From IMG/VR virus record IMGVR_UViG_3300020601_000959, positions 5,188-69,187 of that record: a DNA stretch of 64,000 bases. One strand, written 5' to 3'. Source of the DNA: a virus. Below are positions 20,083-30,086 of this stretch, piece by piece. The notes beneath the pieces were generated by a model, which was given only the letters and a program-made list of their open reading frames with translations, had not been told where the DNA came from and did no database searches. Numbering within the stretch: the stretch's first letter is position 1; each line of letters opens with the position of its first letter. A program made the translations under genes and the position numbers.

Positions 20083-20526
20083 ACAAGATTTACCACCCTA
20101 AACCTACCTGACTTTCACAGAGCTACTATTGGATTTGATAGAATGTTTGAAGACCTCAATAGAGAGTTTACAAACACAAAGTCACAAGGTTATCCACCAT
20201 ACAATGTAATCCAAGAAAATGATGATGAGTATACAATCTCATTGGCCATTGCTGGATTCTCAATGGATGATTTAGACATTACACTAGAAAAAAATGTCTT
20301 AACAATCGAAGGTACATCACCTGAAGTTCCAGAAGGTAAAAATTATCTTCACAAAGGTATTGGCAACAGAAACTTCCGTAGACAGTTTACACTAGCTGAA
20401 CATATCGAAGTTGAAGGTGCTGAACTAGAAAACGGTATGCTACATATCAACTTGGTTCGCAATGTTCCTGAAGCGCAAAAACCAAAGAAAATTAGTATCC
20501 GTGAAGTAGGAACGATTGAAGGTTAA
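20080..20526 (+). CDS. Small heat shock protein Hsp20/IbpA
   Basis: IGFDRMF, YPPYNV, LAIAGF, YLHKGIG, LENGML. Confidence 0.96.
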   Translation: MTRFTTLNLPDFHRATIGFDRMFEDLNREFTNTKSQGYPPYNVIQENDDEYTISLAIAGFSMDDLDITLEKNVLTIEGTSPEVPEGKNYLHKGIGNRNFRRQFTLAEHIEVEGAELENGMLHINLVRNVPEAQKPKKISIREVGTIEG

Positions 20527-20532
20527 CAAGTG

Positions 20533-20557
20533 TGGGGGGAGTCACATCCCCCCATTT
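20533..20557 (+). terminator. GC-rich hairpin/terminator after hsp20
   Basis: TGGGGGGA-GTCACA-TCCCCCCA-TTT. Confidence 0.6.
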
Positions 20558-20568
20558 AAGGATATAAT

Positions 20569-20871
20569 ATGACAACTGAAGTAGTAATTGACGAAAAAAT
20601 AAAAGTAGAAATCAAAGAACCAAGTATGTATAAAGTCATTTTTTTGAATGATGATGCTACTCCAATGGATTTTGTTATTGCCTTGCTTGTTGAAGTTTTT
20701 AGACATAGTGAACAAACAGCAGTAGAAATTACGAACAAAATTCACGAAGAAGGATCTGGTGTTGTTGGAGAGTATACATACGAAGTAGCCGAACAAAAGG
20801 CTTTGGAAGCAACCAGCGTATGTAAAGAAAACAATTTTCCATTACGCATCAGATTAGAAGAAAGTACATGA
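20569..20871 (+). CDS. clpS: ATP-dependent Clp protease adaptor ClpS
   Basis: PSMYKVIFLNDDATPMDFV, IHEEG, EVAEQK, FPL. Confidence 0.93.
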   Translation: MTTEVVIDEKIKVEIKEPSMYKVIFLNDDATPMDFVIALLVEVFRHSEQTAVEITNKIHEEGSGVVGEYTYEVAEQKALEATSVCKENNFPLRIRLEEST

Positions 20872-21407
20872 GTAGTAAACTTAAAGAACTTACATGGGAA
20901 AACCATAGCAAAGCTGAACGAACAGAACACGCTCGTAAATTATTAAAAGGTATGACTCCTGAAGAGTACCACCGTTATATTTACAACCAATATGTTATGT
21001 ATGCCGTGCTAGAAAATCAAGCAGTTGTATACGGAGCAATGGACGAAATTGAATACATTGCTAGAGCAGATGCTATTAAGAAAGACTTAGAAGAACTTGA
21101 ACAAGAATACAACATCGAACGCAAAGGCGAATTGCTATGTCCTGTTGTTTCAGACTATGTAAATTATATTTTAAGTTTAACTGAATACGATGATTTTATG
21201 GCACATATCTACGTACGACACTTTGGTGATATGTATGGCGGACAAATGATTGCTAAACGTAATCCTGGCTCTGGCAAGATGTATGAGTTTCACGATGTTG
21301 ATGAACTCAAAACAAAAGTTAGAGCAAGACTTCATGATGGTATGGCAGACGAAGCAAATTTGTGTTTTGAATATGCTATGAAACTATTTGAGGAGTTAGA
21401 ACAGTGA
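20868..21407 (+). CDS. Heme oxygenase (HemO/Ho1-type)
   Basis: LKELTWENHSKAE and AHIYVRHFGDMYGGQMI. Confidence 0.9.
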   Translation: MSSKLKELTWENHSKAERTEHARKLLKGMTPEEYHRYIYNQYVMYAVLENQAVVYGAMDEIEYIARADAIKKDLEELEQEYNIERKGELLCPVVSDYVNYILSLTEYDDFMAHIYVRHFGDMYGGQMIAKRNPGSGKMYEFHDVDELKTKVRARLHDGMADEANLCFEYAMKLFEELEQ

Positions 21408-22096
21408 GTATGATTTGGGAAAAACTAATTGAATGCCAAGATAAAATTATTGAAACATTTGATTATCATGCGGATGAAATTGAAGAACCAGGTTTAGCTG
21501 ACTTTAATCAGCCAGACAATGGTTGGATCAACAGAGTGTGGAGCAACGAGTATATTCGTAGAGCACACATTGATGTTGTAGATGCCCGTGAGTCAAAAGG
21601 CTTATGGATGATGCACGTGTGTATCTTTCCACAATTACATAACGATGCTCCAATTTACGGTTTTGATGTTATTGCTGGCAAGAATAAAATGACAGGTGCC
21701 TTTCACGACTTTAGTCGCAGTGCTGATCCTGAACATCCAATGATACAAGGATACTATGACAGTGTAGATCATTTTGTGCCAAAGAAACAACGTGAATTAC
21801 CAGAATGGGCAACTAACATTTTCACAGGAAAGATGTTGGCTGCTGGTAATGTAAATGACGAAGCAGAATGTACAGAAATTATCCGTATTGCTTTAGAAAA
21901 TCTAAAAACATATATGTGGGAAGTCAAGGACTTTAACCATACGGCAGACGAAGCTGCTGTGGCAAAGGCACAAGATTATTATTGTCATAATCAGCAACAA
22001 AATCCTCATACACCTGCGGTTATGAAATCACTGGGACTACCAGAAGAAGATGTAGAAATTTTCTGTAGAGATATGTTGTTTCCAAAATTGGCATAA
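21404..22096 (+). CDS. pcyX: Ferredoxin-dependent bilin reductase (PcyX/PcyA-like)
   Basis: RRAHIDVVD, MMHVCIFP, PIYGFDVI, ELPEWA, QQQNPHT; directly after heme oxygenase. Confidence 0.8.
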   Translation: MSMIWEKLIECQDKIIETFDYHADEIEEPGLADFNQPDNGWINRVWSNEYIRRAHIDVVDARESKGLWMMHVCIFPQLHNDAPIYGFDVIAGKNKMTGAFHDFSRSADPEHPMIQGYYDSVDHFVPKKQRELPEWATNIFTGKMLAAGNVNDEAECTEIIRIALENLKTYMWEVKDFNHTADEAAVAKAQDYYCHNQQQNPHTPAVMKSLGLPEEDVEIFCRDMLFPKLA

Positions 22097-22104
22097 ATAA
22101 CTTT

Positions 22105-23178
22105 ATGCGTTACTCAGAAATCAAAGAAGCTGCTGGCAATAAACTAAAACATGGATCAACTCGCGGACATATGGGCGAGTATCTAATAGGCAGTGCCGTT
22201 GTTGCTAAATTAATTGCTGGTGCTAATAATATTACAACAGATGATGTAATGTCTGTAATGAATCAAACTAGTGCTACTGAAAATTTAAGTCAAACTTTTA
22301 CAGGTAACGAAGGCGATGAAATTGAGTTTATTAATATCATCAAAAACAAAGCCAACATAGCAGATGCTAAAGACGTACAAGCATTAGCCAGTGTAATGAC
22401 CAGTGAACTACAAGGTGCTGTAAAATTTGCCAATAGTGATATCTATGCTAAAAAATGGGCTAGAATATTTGCTGAAAATGGCAAGCCAGATAAAATTGTT
22501 GTAAAGGCAGCTGGCGAAGAAGACCAAAGTGGAACTAAAGCAGATATCTTTTTAATCTATACAAAAGAAGATGGCACTGAACGTGTAATCAAAGGCTGGA
22601 GTTTAAAAACTGGTAGCAATCTTATTGGGCAAGCCTCTCCAAGAACATTTGCTAATATGGAAGTGTTTTTTAAAGAACTTGGGGTAACACTAACACCAAT
22701 TGATGACTATGAGTCACAACCTGAAAGACATGTCGTTAGTGTGATGCAACAAGTAAGCAATAGTTTAAACCAACTAACAGCCGGTGATGATCCACAAAAA
22801 GAAGCGCAGCTTATAAAAAATGTCGCTGGTTTTATGGATGAACATTTAACAAAAAAAGATCCAAGGGTTTATATTGTTAATTTAGGCAAGGGCGATTATA
22901 CTGCACAAACAATGCGTACGATGCGTAATAATCTTGCTACTGTTAACTTAGAAACTTCTTTAGTAACTACTGGTAGACCTTCGTTATATGTTCATACAAT
23001 TGGAAATGTAAGAAACTTTTTGTTTATGATAAGATATAGTTATACTAGCCCAAAAGTTAGACCCGATGGATCAAAAAGAGCAGGCAGACACAAACTGGTT
23101 GTTGAAACAGGTCCTTTGTTTAAGACTTTGGGCACTATTTCAAGCAAAGATATAGAAAGCGAAGAAAAAACTAACTAA
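22105..23178 (+). CDS. Hypothetical protein, possible PD-(D/E)xK nuclease fold
   Basis: GEYL, KADIFL...WSLK spacing; preceded by CATAAATA late promoter. Confidence 0.45.
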   Translation: MRYSEIKEAAGNKLKHGSTRGHMGEYLIGSAVVAKLIAGANNITTDDVMSVMNQTSATENLSQTFTGNEGDEIEFINIIKNKANIADAKDVQALASVMTSELQGAVKFANSDIYAKKWARIFAENGKPDKIVVKAAGEEDQSGTKADIFLIYTKEDGTERVIKGWSLKTGSNLIGQASPRTFANMEVFFKELGVTLTPIDDYESQPERHVVSVMQQVSNSLNQLTAGDDPQKEAQLIKNVAGFMDEHLTKKDPRVYIVNLGKGDYTAQTMRTMRNNLATVNLETSLVTTGRPSLYVHTIGNVRNFLFMIRYSYTSPKVRPDGSKRAGRHKLVVETGPLFKTLGTISSKDIESEEKTN

Positions 23179-23186
23179 ATAGTTTT

Positions 23187-23663
23187 ATGAGATATTTTAT
23201 TTTTACGCTGATAGCATTTACTTTCATGGTAAGGGCAAGTATTGCTGGCGCAGACTTAGTACACAATTTTAAATCACCTGCTTTTAATGGACAGGGATAT
23301 AGTGGTCATATGCTTAGTTTAGAGCAATTAACGTTTAATCGTAAAGCAGATTTAGAAGATGAAGCAAAGCGTGAAGAAGAACGTATAGAACGTGAATTAG
23401 AAAATACTACTCTTAACAAATTTATCCGCAACTTAGAATCACGTATCTATGCGACACTATCTAAACAAATGGTTGATAATATGTTTGCTGCCTGCGGAGA
23501 CGAAGATCAACCAGCATGTAGTAATACAGGAACTACAGAAGTAGAAGGTGCTACTATTACATGGACCAAAGATGAAACTGACGGTAGCATTACTCTTGTT
23601 ATAGATGGCGAAGATGGATATACAGAAATTACTATACCAGGTTCAGGGGAGTTTAATTTTTGA
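23187..23663 (+). CDS. csgF: Curli assembly component CsgF
   Basis: Signal peptide, LVHNFKSPAFNG, FIRNLESRIY, EITIP; upstream of csgG. Confidence 0.85.
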   Translation: MRYFIFTLIAFTFMVRASIAGADLVHNFKSPAFNGQGYSGHMLSLEQLTFNRKADLEDEAKREEERIERELENTTLNKFIRNLESRIYATLSKQMVDNMFAACGDEDQPACSNTGTTEVEGATITWTKDETDGSITLVIDGEDGYTEITIPGSGEFNF

Positions 23664-24442
23664 AGTATCTAGCTTTTTTATCTTTTTTGTTACTGACAGC
23701 TTGTGCCTACAAAGGCAATTTACCTAGTGTGTTGGACAAAGGACCAACTATACAAGAAAATCCTATGGTCGAACAACTTAATGACTTGAAACCTCTTAAC
23801 GGTCCGGTAATGACTGTAGGAGTTTATGAATTTAGTGACAAGACTGGACAGCGTAAGCCAGCAGAAAATGTTGCTAATCTTTCAAGTGCTGTTACACAAG
23901 GTGCCGAAGCATGGGTAATTGATGCCTTATTACAGGCAGGAAATGGCACTTGGTTTGAAGTTGTAGAACGTGGCGGAATGGATCACGTGATCAAAGAACG
24001 TCAACTAATACGCAACACAAGAGAAAATTACGAAAAAAACAATCCTACATCTTTGGCACCAATGAAGTTTGCTGGCTTGTTACTTGAAGGTGGCATAATT
24101 GGCTATGATAGTAATATAGAAACGGGTGGCAGCGGAGCAATGTATCTTGGTGTTGGTTCAGCAGTTGAATATAGAGTTGATACCGTCACAGTAGCTATGC
24201 GTCTTGTAAGTGTTAGTACAGGAAGAGTTTTAGTAAGTGTAGCAGCTCAAAAGTCAATAGCAAGTTATAGACAAGGTGCTAGTGCTTTCAAGTTTTTAGA
24301 TCTTGGTACAGAAGCATTAGAAGTAGAAACAGGATACACTGTGAACGAAGCAACAAATTATGCTGTTAGAGCTGCTATCGAACAAGGTGTTATAGAATTA
24401 ATATATCAAGGTGCTGAACTAGAGCTGTGGAAATTTAAATAA
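23660..24442 (+). CDS. csgG: Curli secretion channel CsgG (lipoprotein)
   Basis: Lipobox LTAC, VYEFSDKTGQRKP, SSAVTQGA, WFEVVER, ERQLIR, EGGIIGYDSN. Confidence 0.93.
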   Translation: MKYLAFLSFLLLTACAYKGNLPSVLDKGPTIQENPMVEQLNDLKPLNGPVMTVGVYEFSDKTGQRKPAENVANLSSAVTQGAEAWVIDALLQAGNGTWFEVVERGGMDHVIKERQLIRNTRENYEKNNPTSLAPMKFAGLLLEGGIIGYDSNIETGGSGAMYLGVGSAVEYRVDTVTVAMRLVSVSTGRVLVSVAAQKSIASYRQGASAFKFLDLGTEALEVETGYTVNEATNYAVRAAIEQGVIELIYQGAELELWKFK

Positions 24443-24719
24443 TACAATATTTCTTCATCTTAGCTAATAATGTTTCTCTTTTTATTCCTAAATCTTTAGC
24501 AGCATGTGTTCTGTTGCCAGCGTTTTCCTTTAAAGCATCTACAACTTTTTGAAAAATAATTTCATCTATATCGTCGTGTAAGCAATAGCCTTCTTGTTTT
24601 TCTGGTTCTGTATTATCTGCTACAGGCCATAAGTTATCAAATGTTTCCCAAAATACTTGTTGTTCGGTGTGTTTTTGTTTTGCTAATGCTAATGCGTTCA
24701 TTACTGTTGATTTTTTCAT
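24435..24719 (-). CDS. Fis-type helix-turn-helix protein
   Basis: ALKENAGNRTHAAKDLGIKRETLLAKMKKY. Confidence 0.85.
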   Translation of the reverse strand: MKKSTVMNALALAKQKHTEQQVFWETFDNLWPVADNTEPEKQEGYCLHDDIDEIIFQKVVDALKENAGNRTHAAKDLGIKRETLLAKMKKYCII

Positions 24720-24731
24720 AATATACTCACT

Positions 24732-24751
24732 TTACTGTAAAAATATTTACA
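24732..24751. repeat. 20-bp operator-like repeat, copy 1 (TGT-N10-ACA)
   Basis: TTACTGTAAAAATATTTACA, identical to 27669-27688. Confidence 0.8.
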
Positions 24752-24822
24752 CTAAATACCTTTGTATTTATAAAACAATAGGCTATGTATAAATACGTTT
24801 GGCGGAAGCCGGAGGTGAAAAA

Positions 24823-25560
24823 ATGAGGGCAATTTTATATAGTTTTTTCATATCAATACTTCTCACTACAGCTACATTAGCAAATGAGATTTATATCACT
24901 CAGATAGGTGATACACTTGATTTGGATATAACGCAAGATGGAACAGATAACCAATTTGGTAATTCTACCACCGATGTAAACCTAGATGGTGATGATATGA
25001 CCTTTAGTATTACTCAAACAGGAAATACTAACGTCATTGAAGCAGACATTCAAGGTAACACATACACTGGTACGTGGGTATTCACAGGAAATAGTAATAA
25101 CGTAGATTTAACATGTGATCAAACTGCGGGTGTAAATTGTGAAAATGTAACACTAAACATTACAACTACAGGTAGTAGTAATGACTTTCAATTAGCAATT
25201 GGTGAAACAGCAGACGCTGACGGAGCACAAGTTGACTTTTCAATAGACGGTGATGGTAATGTCCTGGCCAGCACTATTAACGGAGCAAGCGCAGTTTTGA
25301 ATATTACAGTTGATAATAGTGCTACAGCAAGTACAGCTACAGTATCAGATTCTGGTGGTAGCTATACAGCAGGATCAGGTGGTAATGTCATTCTTACAAC
25401 TCAAAGCGGAGACGGCGACACAAGTGGACATAGTATAACATTAGACATCACAGGTGGCGGCAGTGTTTATGAAATAGATCAAAGTGGCATAAAAGATAAC
25501 ACTGTAGACGGCACATTCTCAGGTGATGGACAAGATGTTAAGATTACTCAGTCTGATTAG
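24823..25560 (+). CDS. Curlin-like secreted repeat protein 1
   Basis: Signal peptide, NEIYITQIGD, repeated I-x-Q-x-G-x-x-N units. Confidence 0.7.
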   Translation: MRAILYSFFISILLTTATLANEIYITQIGDTLDLDITQDGTDNQFGNSTTDVNLDGDDMTFSITQTGNTNVIEADIQGNTYTGTWVFTGNSNNVDLTCDQTAGVNCENVTLNITTTGSSNDFQLAIGETADADGAQVDFSIDGDGNVLASTINGASAVLNITVDNSATASTATVSDSGGSYTAGSGGNVILTTQSGDGDTSGHSITLDITGGGSVYEIDQSGIKDNTVDGTFSGDGQDVKITQSD

Positions 25561-26641
25561 TTGCCTATTAGCAACCCCAGTATATAGTAGTATTGGCACA
25601 ATAGCAGAACATAAAGGTTCTAGCACAATTCAACGTGAAGCAGAAAAATACAATGGCGAAGTAGGCCTTGGTCTTGAAATGAATGACAAAGTCGTTACAG
25701 GAAAAGGCTCTCTCCGTATGGACTTTTTAGACGATACCCGTGTTGATGTTACAGAACATTCACGTATGACAATAGATGAATTTATTTACGATCCAAATTC
25801 AGGAACTGGTTCGCTATCAATGAAAGCAACTCTAGGCGCAGTGCGTTATGCTAGTGGACAAATAGCAAAGAACAGCAGACAAAGAGTAAACATCAGAACA
25901 CCAAGTGCTACAATCAATGTGCGTGGTACAGACTTTATGATGATCGTAGATGAAATAGGTGGATCAATGATTACACTACTGCCAAGTTGTGATGCGGCAG
26001 GACTATGTGTTGTAGGAGAAATATCAGTTGAGTCTGACGTTGGACAAGTTATAATGAATCAAGCATTCCAAACCACTATTGTCAAGCATAGAGGTGCTCA
26101 TCCAGGACCAAGTATAGTATTAGACTTGCCAGAAAACATGCTTACAGCAATGTTAATTGTACGCAAAGTATCCCCTTACACAGAAGAAATATTAAGACAA
26201 TATCCAAACACTGATTTATTAGATATTGATTTTTTAAAATTTGACGAACTGGATAAAGATCCACTTGTAGAAGGTATCAAAAACATTTGGGTCACAGAAT
26301 TAGATAATATGACATATTTAGACCCTGTATGGGTTGACGAAATGGAAAGGCAATTGGCTGCTATTTTAGCACAATGGTTTGATGAACTCTCAGCACAAAA
26401 CATAGAGTTTTTTGAAGAAAAGTTTTTAGGTTTAGATCCTGAAACAAATATTTTTTATGACGAACCTTTTCCTAACTTCTTATTAAGTAGACGAGAAGGC
26501 GATCAGCATTATTTCCAGTTAACTTTAAGTCAAAATAATAGTTATAGCATAGATATGGAACAAGGAGCATTTTATGAATTTGGTTACCGTGTTGGCGTCG
26601 GCGGCGCTAATCGTATTACTATCACCCAACGTAACTTTTAG
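25535..26641 (+). CDS. FecR-domain protein
   Basis: FLDDTRV, IDEFIYDP, GAVRYASG, IRTPSATINVRGTDF. Confidence 0.85.
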   Translation: MLRLLSLISCLLATPVYSSIGTIAEHKGSSTIQREAEKYNGEVGLGLEMNDKVVTGKGSLRMDFLDDTRVDVTEHSRMTIDEFIYDPNSGTGSLSMKATLGAVRYASGQIAKNSRQRVNIRTPSATINVRGTDFMMIVDEIGGSMITLLPSCDAAGLCVVGEISVESDVGQVIMNQAFQTTIVKHRGAHPGPSIVLDLPENMLTAMLIVRKVSPYTEEILRQYPNTDLLDIDFLKFDELDKDPLVEGIKNIWVTELDNMTYLDPVWVDEMERQLAAILAQWFDELSAQNIEFFEEKFLGLDPETNIFYDEPFPNFLLSRREGDQHYFQLTLSQNNSYSIDMEQGAFYEFGYRVGVGGANRITITQRNF

Positions 26642-27632
26642 TAATGAAATTTATGTTAATCAAGTAGGTGACGATATTGATCTCACCATTACACAGGATG
26701 GAGAAAATAACAAGATTGGTGATTTGAATAATCTATCAAACAAAGGTTTGCTAGGAAGTCTTGGTCCTTCTACATTTTCTTATACACAAACAGGTAACAA
26801 CAATACGCTTGGATTTTACAATGCTGATATAGGAGATAGTAGTAGCACTCTAACACAGACTGGCGATAATAATGATGCTGTAATAGATTGTCAAGGCGAA
26901 GACTGCACAATGACCGTTACACAACTAGGTGATGGCAATGATGCTCACGCTGAAACTGGCAGTAGTTACAATGATGTTGGCAATACAATTACTGTATATC
27001 AAAAAGGTGATTACAACGAATCTTATGCAGAAGCTGACGGAATCAGTAATGACGTAGACAGTTATCAAGAATCAGACAATAACTTTAGCCGTGTTGTAGT
27101 AACAGGCGATTACAATGCTGTCAATGCTTGGCAAGGCAAGCACGATGATGGAACTGTTGATACAGACGAAATTGGTGATCACGAAGTATACTGGACTGTC
27201 ACAGGCGATAATAATATGCTAGACAGTTATCAAACAGACACCAACAGAGGTGGTGGAGGTGGCGCTGGACATCACATAGCAAATGTTGTAAATGGTGACA
27301 ATAATGGTGTAACGCATACACAAATGGGCAAAGCAGGACACGATGGCTTTATTGAAATACAAGGTGACAACAATGATGTTACACTAGAGCAAAGAGGCAA
27401 TGGTGGTCAACAATGGGCAGACATAGTGCTTACAGGTGATGATCATAGTGTTGATGCTAGTCAACGTGGAACTATGGCACATTCATTTGAAATTGATCTT
27501 ACAAACAGCGGCGGTGCTTATTCAGTGACCAGCAATCAAACAACCAACAACACAGCCACAAGCAAGACCTACAGCCTTACTGGTATTTGTACAAACACAG
27601 CAGGTTGTGCTATAACAGTTTCACAAAATTAA
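26574..27632 (+). CDS. Curlin-like secreted repeat protein 2
   Basis: Signal peptide, NEIYVNQVGD, many TQxGxxN repeats. Confidence 0.75.
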   Translation: MNLVTVLASAALIVLLSPNVTFSNEIYVNQVGDDIDLTITQDGENNKIGDLNNLSNKGLLGSLGPSTFSYTQTGNNNTLGFYNADIGDSSSTLTQTGDNNDAVIDCQGEDCTMTVTQLGDGNDAHAETGSSYNDVGNTITVYQKGDYNESYAEADGISNDVDSYQESDNNFSRVVVTGDYNAVNAWQGKHDDGTVDTDEIGDHEVYWTVTGDNNMLDSYQTDTNRGGGGGAGHHIANVVNGDNNGVTHTQMGKAGHDGFIEIQGDNNDVTLEQRGNGGQQWADIVLTGDDHSVDASQRGTMAHSFEIDLTNSGGAYSVTSNQTTNNTATSKTYSLTGICTNTAGCAITVSQN

Positions 27633-27668
27633 ATTGTAATATAACTTGAGCAAATTAGTCACTAAATA

Positions 27669-27688
27669 TTACTGTAAAAATATTTACA
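27669..27688. repeat. 20-bp operator-like repeat, copy 2
   Basis: TTACTGTAAAAATATTTACA immediately after a CTAAATA late-promoter-like box. Confidence 0.8.
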
Positions 27689-27702
27689 GAGGGCACTGAT
27701 TT

Positions 27703-27825
27703 TTGGAAAATGTTCTGGTTTACTTTCTTGTAGGTTTCCTAACAGCTTTTGGCTGGTGGGCAGCTGGCAAGGTAACAAACAATATCGACTCTCATTATGA
27801 ACAAAGGCAAGATAATGGGAATTGA
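27703..27825 (+). CDS. Small single-TM protein (40 aa, absent from ORF track)
   Basis: TTG start after GAGGG; MENVLVYFLVGFLTAFGWWAAGK... Confidence 0.5.
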   Translation: MENVLVYFLVGFLTAFGWWAAGKVTNNIDSHYEQRQDNGN

Positions 27826-28153
27826 AGCACTTACATTAAGTATTGGGTTAAGTTTACATCTTGGCTTTGACAATAACTATAACAGTGTACATCCTCACAT
27901 GAGGTTTGAACACGAAAATTATATAGTAGGAACTTATTATAACAGTGTAAGGAATAATTCAACATATGTTGGATATAGACATGAATTTAATAATTTTGGA
28001 TTTGAAGGAGCAGTAGTTACAGGCTATAACAACAAATACTCACCAATGGCTCGTATTACTTATGATCATGAAAACTTTAGGATGTTTGCTCATCCTGGTT
28101 TTGAAAAAGATAATGTAGGCGTAGTTATTGGATTAGAGTTTATGATTAAATAA
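27815..28153 (+). CDS. Small outer-membrane beta-barrel-like protein
   Basis: SLHL, YYNS, YVG, GAVVTGY aromatic-rich strands. Confidence 0.5.
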   Translation: MGIEALTLSIGLSLHLGFDNNYNSVHPHMRFEHENYIVGTYYNSVRNNSTYVGYRHEFNNFGFEGAVVTGYNNKYSPMARITYDHENFRMFAHPGFEKDNVGVVIGLEFMIK

Positions 28154-28205
28154 CATGGTCCGCGGCGTGAGGGCGCAACCGGCATCTAAACAACGAGGGT
28201 AAAAA

Positions 28206-30044
28206 ATGAAAAATATAACGATTGTCAGCGTAATGGCAGCACTTTTAGGAACGACGGCTCTAGCCGATACATCAAGTATGAACTCAAGTGTAACAGGAAT
28301 GGGTATACTTGAAAACGATTATGTAAAAGCAGGCGTCAATGGTACAACAGGTACATTCGGCTCAGGCGGAGGCACTCGTCCAGGACTACAGTTTGATAGC
28401 ACAGGGTCAGGAACATTTCCAGCAGATTCAGAGCAAGGTGACTATCTAACACCAGGTTCACCATTTGATGGATTTGCTTTAAAAATTGACGGCACAAATT
28501 CATCAAACAACAACACTGGTTCAAACGCATGGACAGATGCTGATGGTTTAACAGATACCACAGATGGGTTTGTATGGACAGGCACAAATTCAGCACACAG
28601 TGGTTGGGAAATAGAAAACACTTATAGTTTAGGTGCTACAGCAGAACATATCGAGATTGGTACAGATATTACTGCTGGAAGCGATGCTGCTGATGTATAC
28701 TTTGGACGTTTTATTGATCCAGATGCTATGCCAGAAACAGGCGACACCAGTGCTACAGACAACGTGCTAGGTTATGGCGTCATTCCAGATAGTAATGTAG
28801 CATTTGCTGAAGCAACAGTTTCACGCTATGCGTTAGGATTGTATTCAACAGATAGTAATGTAGATGCTGGTATTAGTGGGTGGAGTACAGAAGCAGATGC
28901 GTATACAGAAAATACTGTAGATGGTGATGGATCAAACACAAACACAGGAGACAATACTATTGGTCTTACTTGGCATTGGACAGGTGTTAGTACAGGTGAC
29001 ATATTAGAAGCAAACTATGCTTACATCTTTGGACCAAGTGCTTTTGATGCTGCGGATTCTGCTATTACAGCAGGTGCAGGTGGCGGCGCTGATGTTAGTT
29101 CGTGGGGAACACTAGAAGATGTTGGTAGTGCTACAGACGCAGCAAGCGGTCCAACTGTGGTAGGAACAGGCACAAGTAGTGTTACAAGTCACACAAGTAC
29201 AACAGCAGATGGCGTACAAACTATTGCTAGAGAAAAAGCAACAGCAACTTGGGACATTTACAGTGACGGTACTTTAGGAACAGCAAGCACAAGCACAGAA
29301 ACACTGTCGAGTTTTGTTGGACGTATGGATACAGGCAAAAAAATTGGTCGTGCTGTAGACTTACACAGTTTAGGTTTTGCTGACTATGTAGCAGGTAGTC
29401 GTATTACATCAGATCTAGGAGATGGATGTAGTGCTGAAAGTCGTGTGTTAGGCGTGGGTGGATCAACTACTACAGATGATCTACTTACAATCGAAGGTGG
29501 GATCAACAGAATCACTACCAGTGCTGACGCATGTAGTACAGGAGATATGACCACACTACATATGGGCGTAGGCGCAAGCAAATCACTAGATGAATACACA
29601 GTGCGTGGCACAGTTAATCGTGCTAGTCAAGATACAACCTATGAGAGACACATTGGTGACTTTACTAACCAAGGTGAATATTCAACAACTGATACTTGGG
29701 TAAATGTTGAAGTAGAACCAAACACAGGTCAAATTCGTCCAGTTTTAGGTATTGTAGCAGGCAAGCGTTCAACTGATGCTTATACTGAAACAGGAAGCAT
29801 ACAAAGTGCTTTATCTCACGCAGCAATTGATGAAACATATCGTTATGCTACATTAGGTGCTAACTTTGATTTTGATCTTGGAACAGCTCACATCAGCAGA
29901 AGCACAGAAGGTACAACACGTATCGGCATTGGTGTTGACAAGCACGTTACAGAAAATGTAAAGTTTGTAGGTGACTTACAAAGAAGTATCAATGATAATG
30001 CAAGTACTAACATGCTAAGTATAGGACTTAAAATTCTGTTTTGA
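28206..30044 (+). CDS. Autotransporter-like secreted protein
   Basis: Signal peptide, Gly/Thr/Asp-rich passenger, C-terminal beta-strand region (YTETG) ending GLKILF. Confidence 0.6.
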   Translation: MKNITIVSVMAALLGTTALADTSSMNSSVTGMGILENDYVKAGVNGTTGTFGSGGGTRPGLQFDSTGSGTFPADSEQGDYLTPGSPFDGFALKIDGTNSSNNNTGSNAWTDADGLTDTTDGFVWTGTNSAHSGWEIENTYSLGATAEHIEIGTDITAGSDAADVYFGRFIDPDAMPETGDTSATDNVLGYGVIPDSNVAFAEATVSRYALGLYSTDSNVDAGISGWSTEADAYTENTVDGDGSNTNTGDNTIGLTWHWTGVSTGDILEANYAYIFGPSAFDAADSAITAGAGGGADVSSWGTLEDVGSATDAASGPTVVGTGTSSVTSHTSTTADGVQTIAREKATATWDIYSDGTLGTASTSTETLSSFVGRMDTGKKIGRAVDLHSLGFADYVAGSRITSDLGDGCSAESRVLGVGGSTTTDDLLTIEGGINRITTSADACSTGDMTTLHMGVGASKSLDEYTVRGTVNRASQDTTYERHIGDFTNQGEYSTTDTWVNVEVEPNTGQIRPVLGIVAGKRSTDAYTETGSIQSALSHAAIDETYRYATLGANFDFDLGTAHISRSTEGTTRIGIGVDKHVTENVKFVGDLQRSINDNASTNMLSIGLKILF

Positions 30045-30086
30045 TAAATATCGCTAGTAGAGGGCATCTACTAGAAATGAGGGCGA

